Shown here: one piece after another, positions 63,083 through 63,472 of the stretch
Numbering within the stretch: the stretch's first letter is position 1
How the letters are laid out: the number at the start of each line of letters is the position of its first letter
Assembly: GCA_964436955.1 (NCBI GenBank)
Contig: CAYTFC010000007.1
Coordinates: 1 to 63,472 of the forward strand
DNA from: an uncultured bacterium
GTDB lineage: Bacteria > Chlamydiota > Chlamydiia > Chlamydiales > JAJFMA01
Direction: 5' to 3'
DNA length: 63,472 nucleotides
Notes under the pieces: model-generated
What the model saw: the letters and a program-made list of their open reading frames with translations, nothing else
What the model was told of the DNA's origin: nothing
Database searches by the model: none
Made by a program: the position numbers and the translations under genes

Positions 63083-63421
63083 GCTTATTCTCCCCCTCAT
63101 AGGTACTCAAATATGTTACGCTCGTCGCTGTCTCAAGAGATCAAGCGCAAGACAATCCAGATCTCATTTTTCCAATTTGTGCGCAAACATTAAACTTCAA
63201 ATCGGTAAAAAATATCTTCTTAATTAGGTGATGAGACGTCTAAAGAGACGAGGCTCCGCACGATAACTAAGAAATTGTTTACATTCCTAATGGATTTTAG
63301 AACCCTTGTCAATGTGAAAAACACATCTACAGCATTTTTTGAGAAGAAAGAACAAAGAAGACCACAAAATAGATGTGCCATACATATTTTGGCTAGTTGG
63401 CCTCATTTGCATTGGGCACTA

Positions 63422-63472
63422 AGACCCTGATTGCTACCAAAACTTCATCTAGCGCTCATAGCGATATATCAG
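63422..63472. repeat. Terminal copy of the dispersed repeat, inverted relative to 2..52
   Basis: See 2..52. Confidence 0.9.

Noticed and set aside
1-63472. The whole window as a composite transposon or genomic island bounded by the terminal inverted repeats
   Set aside because: The interior carries core genes (gltX, secDF, recJ, rpoN, thyX). There is no transposase or integrase, and the same repeat occurs internally. An assembly break at a dispersed repeat is the simpler explanation.
1-63472. tRNA, rRNA, tmRNA, RNase P or SRP RNA genes
   Set aside because: I scanned the intergenic regions by eye for T-loop (GGTTCGAATCC-like) and RNase P (GAGGAAAGTCC) motifs and found none. A covariance-model scan would be needed to be certain.

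Overview
The window looks like a complete draft-assembly contig. Its two ends (2..52 and 63422..63472) are inverted copies of one dispersed repeat. The source appears to be a chlamydia-like bacterium (Chlamydiota, probably outside Chlamydiaceae). Lineage markers are an NTT-type ATP/ADP translocase, an EUO-like protein, a fused 1529-aa SecDF, a long pseudo-dimeric ThyX, a YtgA-B-C(R)-D metal ABC operon with the permease-DtxR fusion, and a tsp-gltX...recJ/secDF/euo neighbourhood. I support about 50 protein genes. I found no rRNA, tRNA, CRISPR, transposase or integrase. Housekeeping genes: thyX, rpoN, gltX, tsp, recJ, secDF, ntt, euo, mrp, ytgABCD, pgsA. Accessory content is dominated by an envelope and exopolysaccharide theme spread over four blocks: (a) priming sugar transferases at 7094..9293; (b) a tightly coupled TPR / exosortase / membrane protein / EpsI operon at 20270..24300; (c) a GT4 / GT2 / GlnD-GlnE-like nucleotidyltransferase / AP-superfamily phosphodiesterase operon at 24917..29235; (d) a Wzc / Wza / Wza / Wzx / GT4 export operon at 55530..63082. 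A Sec-signal Rhs/YD toxin (12052..17070) lies between two paralogous TPR genes. It has an unassigned C-terminal domain, one intact and one frameshifted putative immunity paralog, and Tyr-rich secreted low-complexity proteins downstream. Intergenic DNA is unusually structured. One family of long hairpin elements is built from degenerate 7-9 nt units ending in GGAC. There are also a mosaic of nested inverted repeats and a pair of covarying hairpins. My lead candidate for something undescribed is the exosortase/EpsI module, with no recognisable PEP-CTERM cargo in the window, in a chlamydial background. Next are the Rhs cassette, the nucleotidyltransferase/phosphodiesterase pair and the GGAC hairpin elements. 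All functional calls come from motifs read by eye. No database search was run.
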